A DNA stretch of 64,000 bases from the human T2T-CHM13v2.0 reference genome, Homo sapiens, in NCBI RefSeq assembly GCF_009914755.1, contig NC_060929.1, one strand, 5' to 3'. A program made the translations under genes and the position numbers. Positions within the stretch are counted from its first letter, which is position 1. Each line of letters starts with the position of its first letter. Below, one piece after another: positions 61,249 to 64,000 of this stretch. The notes under the pieces were generated by a model, which was not told the origin of the DNA, did not search any database, and was given only the letters and a program-made list of their open reading frames with translations.

Positions 61249-61372
61249 AGTTGAGATTTATGTCCCCATACGGAAGGGGCAGGAGCGGGGAGTGCAAGGG
61301 GTGATGGGTGTATCGAAGGATCGGGTTCCGCTTGTAAATCTGTTCCACCACATCCGAGTTCAGGCAGTTCTC
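61249..61372 (-). CDS. MYO10: Myosin-X exon, 124 nt
   Basis: tttttag acceptor, gtaagt donor; ENCLNSDVVEQIYKRNPILRYTHHPLHSPLLPLPYGDINLN; phase joins the next exon. Confidence 0.95.
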
Positions 61373-61654
61373 CTAAAAATAAAGCAAGCAAGCTTATTGT
61401 AAGAAACCTGTATTTTCCTACATATAAATATTTTTCAAGACTCTCAAATATCCATAAACCTAGTGGGGCAAAGATGGTGGAAATCCAGTGTTAGGTGGTT
61501 TCATGGACGAAGATACCCATAATCTGTGTTTGAAGACAAATCACAAAAATACATTCTTACAGCTCATTTCTTATTTTCTCGTGCGTGTACTTCCCCATGT
61601 GATTTTAAATTTTCTCCCCTGGAGATTACATACATTTAAAAAATTTCATCTCAG

Positions 61655-62087
<433 letters not shown>

Positions 62088-62627
62088 TAATCTGATCTTC
62101 TGTTATTGATTTAGCCATCAGTAGCTAAATCATGTTATTTTTATCTATAGTTCATTTCATAAACACATTTTGCTAGTTCTTGAATTGCTGTTTTCTATTC
62201 TCTCTATACCTGAAAACTACACACATTAATATATTCTTGGGGAGACTGTCCTTCCACGTGCCACCCTTGAAACCTAAGAAAGTCTTTCACGGAATTTCTT
62301 CATCATGTACCTATGCTCCTAAAATGGTCATCTGGATATGAAAAAAACAAAGTTACTTTTAGAACCTTAAATAAACAGAAAAGTTGGAGGAGAGGTAATG
62401 AATCATTCTATCGTGGTAATTTCATTTCCACTATAAAACTTTTTCAGTAATATCCAATTGAAGGCCATAAAAATTTTTTAATTACTTAAATAATTTATAT
62501 GGACTGATTTAGGGTAAGTTGACTCATTTCTTAAGAAGCATGGCTTTGTATTTGAAAAATTATATTTACTCTTTTAATGTCTAAATTCAAATTGATTCAA
62601 ACAATTTTATGGACTTATTTAGGGTAA

Positions 62628-63319
<692 letters not shown>

Positions 63320-63508
63320 TGAATTCAAACTGAAGAATACAAAAACAGGTAAGTTCCAGCACCGAAGACTGAGTGTGGCTGATACATGATAGTTTTACTC
63401 CTTTCAGAAGAAATCTTCAAAAAATAAATTTTTTAAGGCTAAAAATGAAATTATGTGTAGCCAGTGCCCTGGGTTGCATGGAAAACAACCTGAATCTGGT
63501 TCCAACTG

Positions 63509-63863
<355 letters not shown>

Positions 63864-64000
63864 CTAAACACCCAGAGAACATACCACTTTGGAATCAGGA
63901 GGCCAATTTGATTTTGATGGAAAATTATCCACCACTGATGGATTAGATCCTCTCCCACCTCCACAAAAACTGAGTTCCCTCTTGGATCTGGTTAGCTAAT

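Overview
Primate (human-like) genomic DNA that I recognise from its translated exons as the RETREG1 (FAM134B)-MYO10 interval. The left end holds the CpG-island promoter and first coding exon of RETREG1 (minus strand). The right end holds the last eight exons (MyTH4-FERM tail) and 3' UTR of MYO10 (minus strand). The ~45 kb in between is mostly transposable elements: about 30 Alus, three co-oriented L1PA copies, THE1/MST/MLT1/MLT2/MER21/ERV1 LTRs, MER2 and MER58A DNA-transposon relics, and a Y1 RNA retropseudogene. I see no evidence of a new gene or a new enzymatic system; nearly all other ORFs in the track are Alu-, L1- or GC-derived. The most unusual structure is the L1 cluster. The three L1s (two with their own target-site duplications) share frameshifts and private-looking substitutions, which suggests local gene conversion. 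One is full length but has no poly(A) tail. One has ~2.2 kb of ORF2 replaced by a 22-bp inversion plus a captured old LTR fragment, and also carries an in-frame micro-inversion through the endonuclease GDFN motif. Repeat subfamily names and consensus comparisons are from memory and need RepeatMasker/Dfam confirmation.
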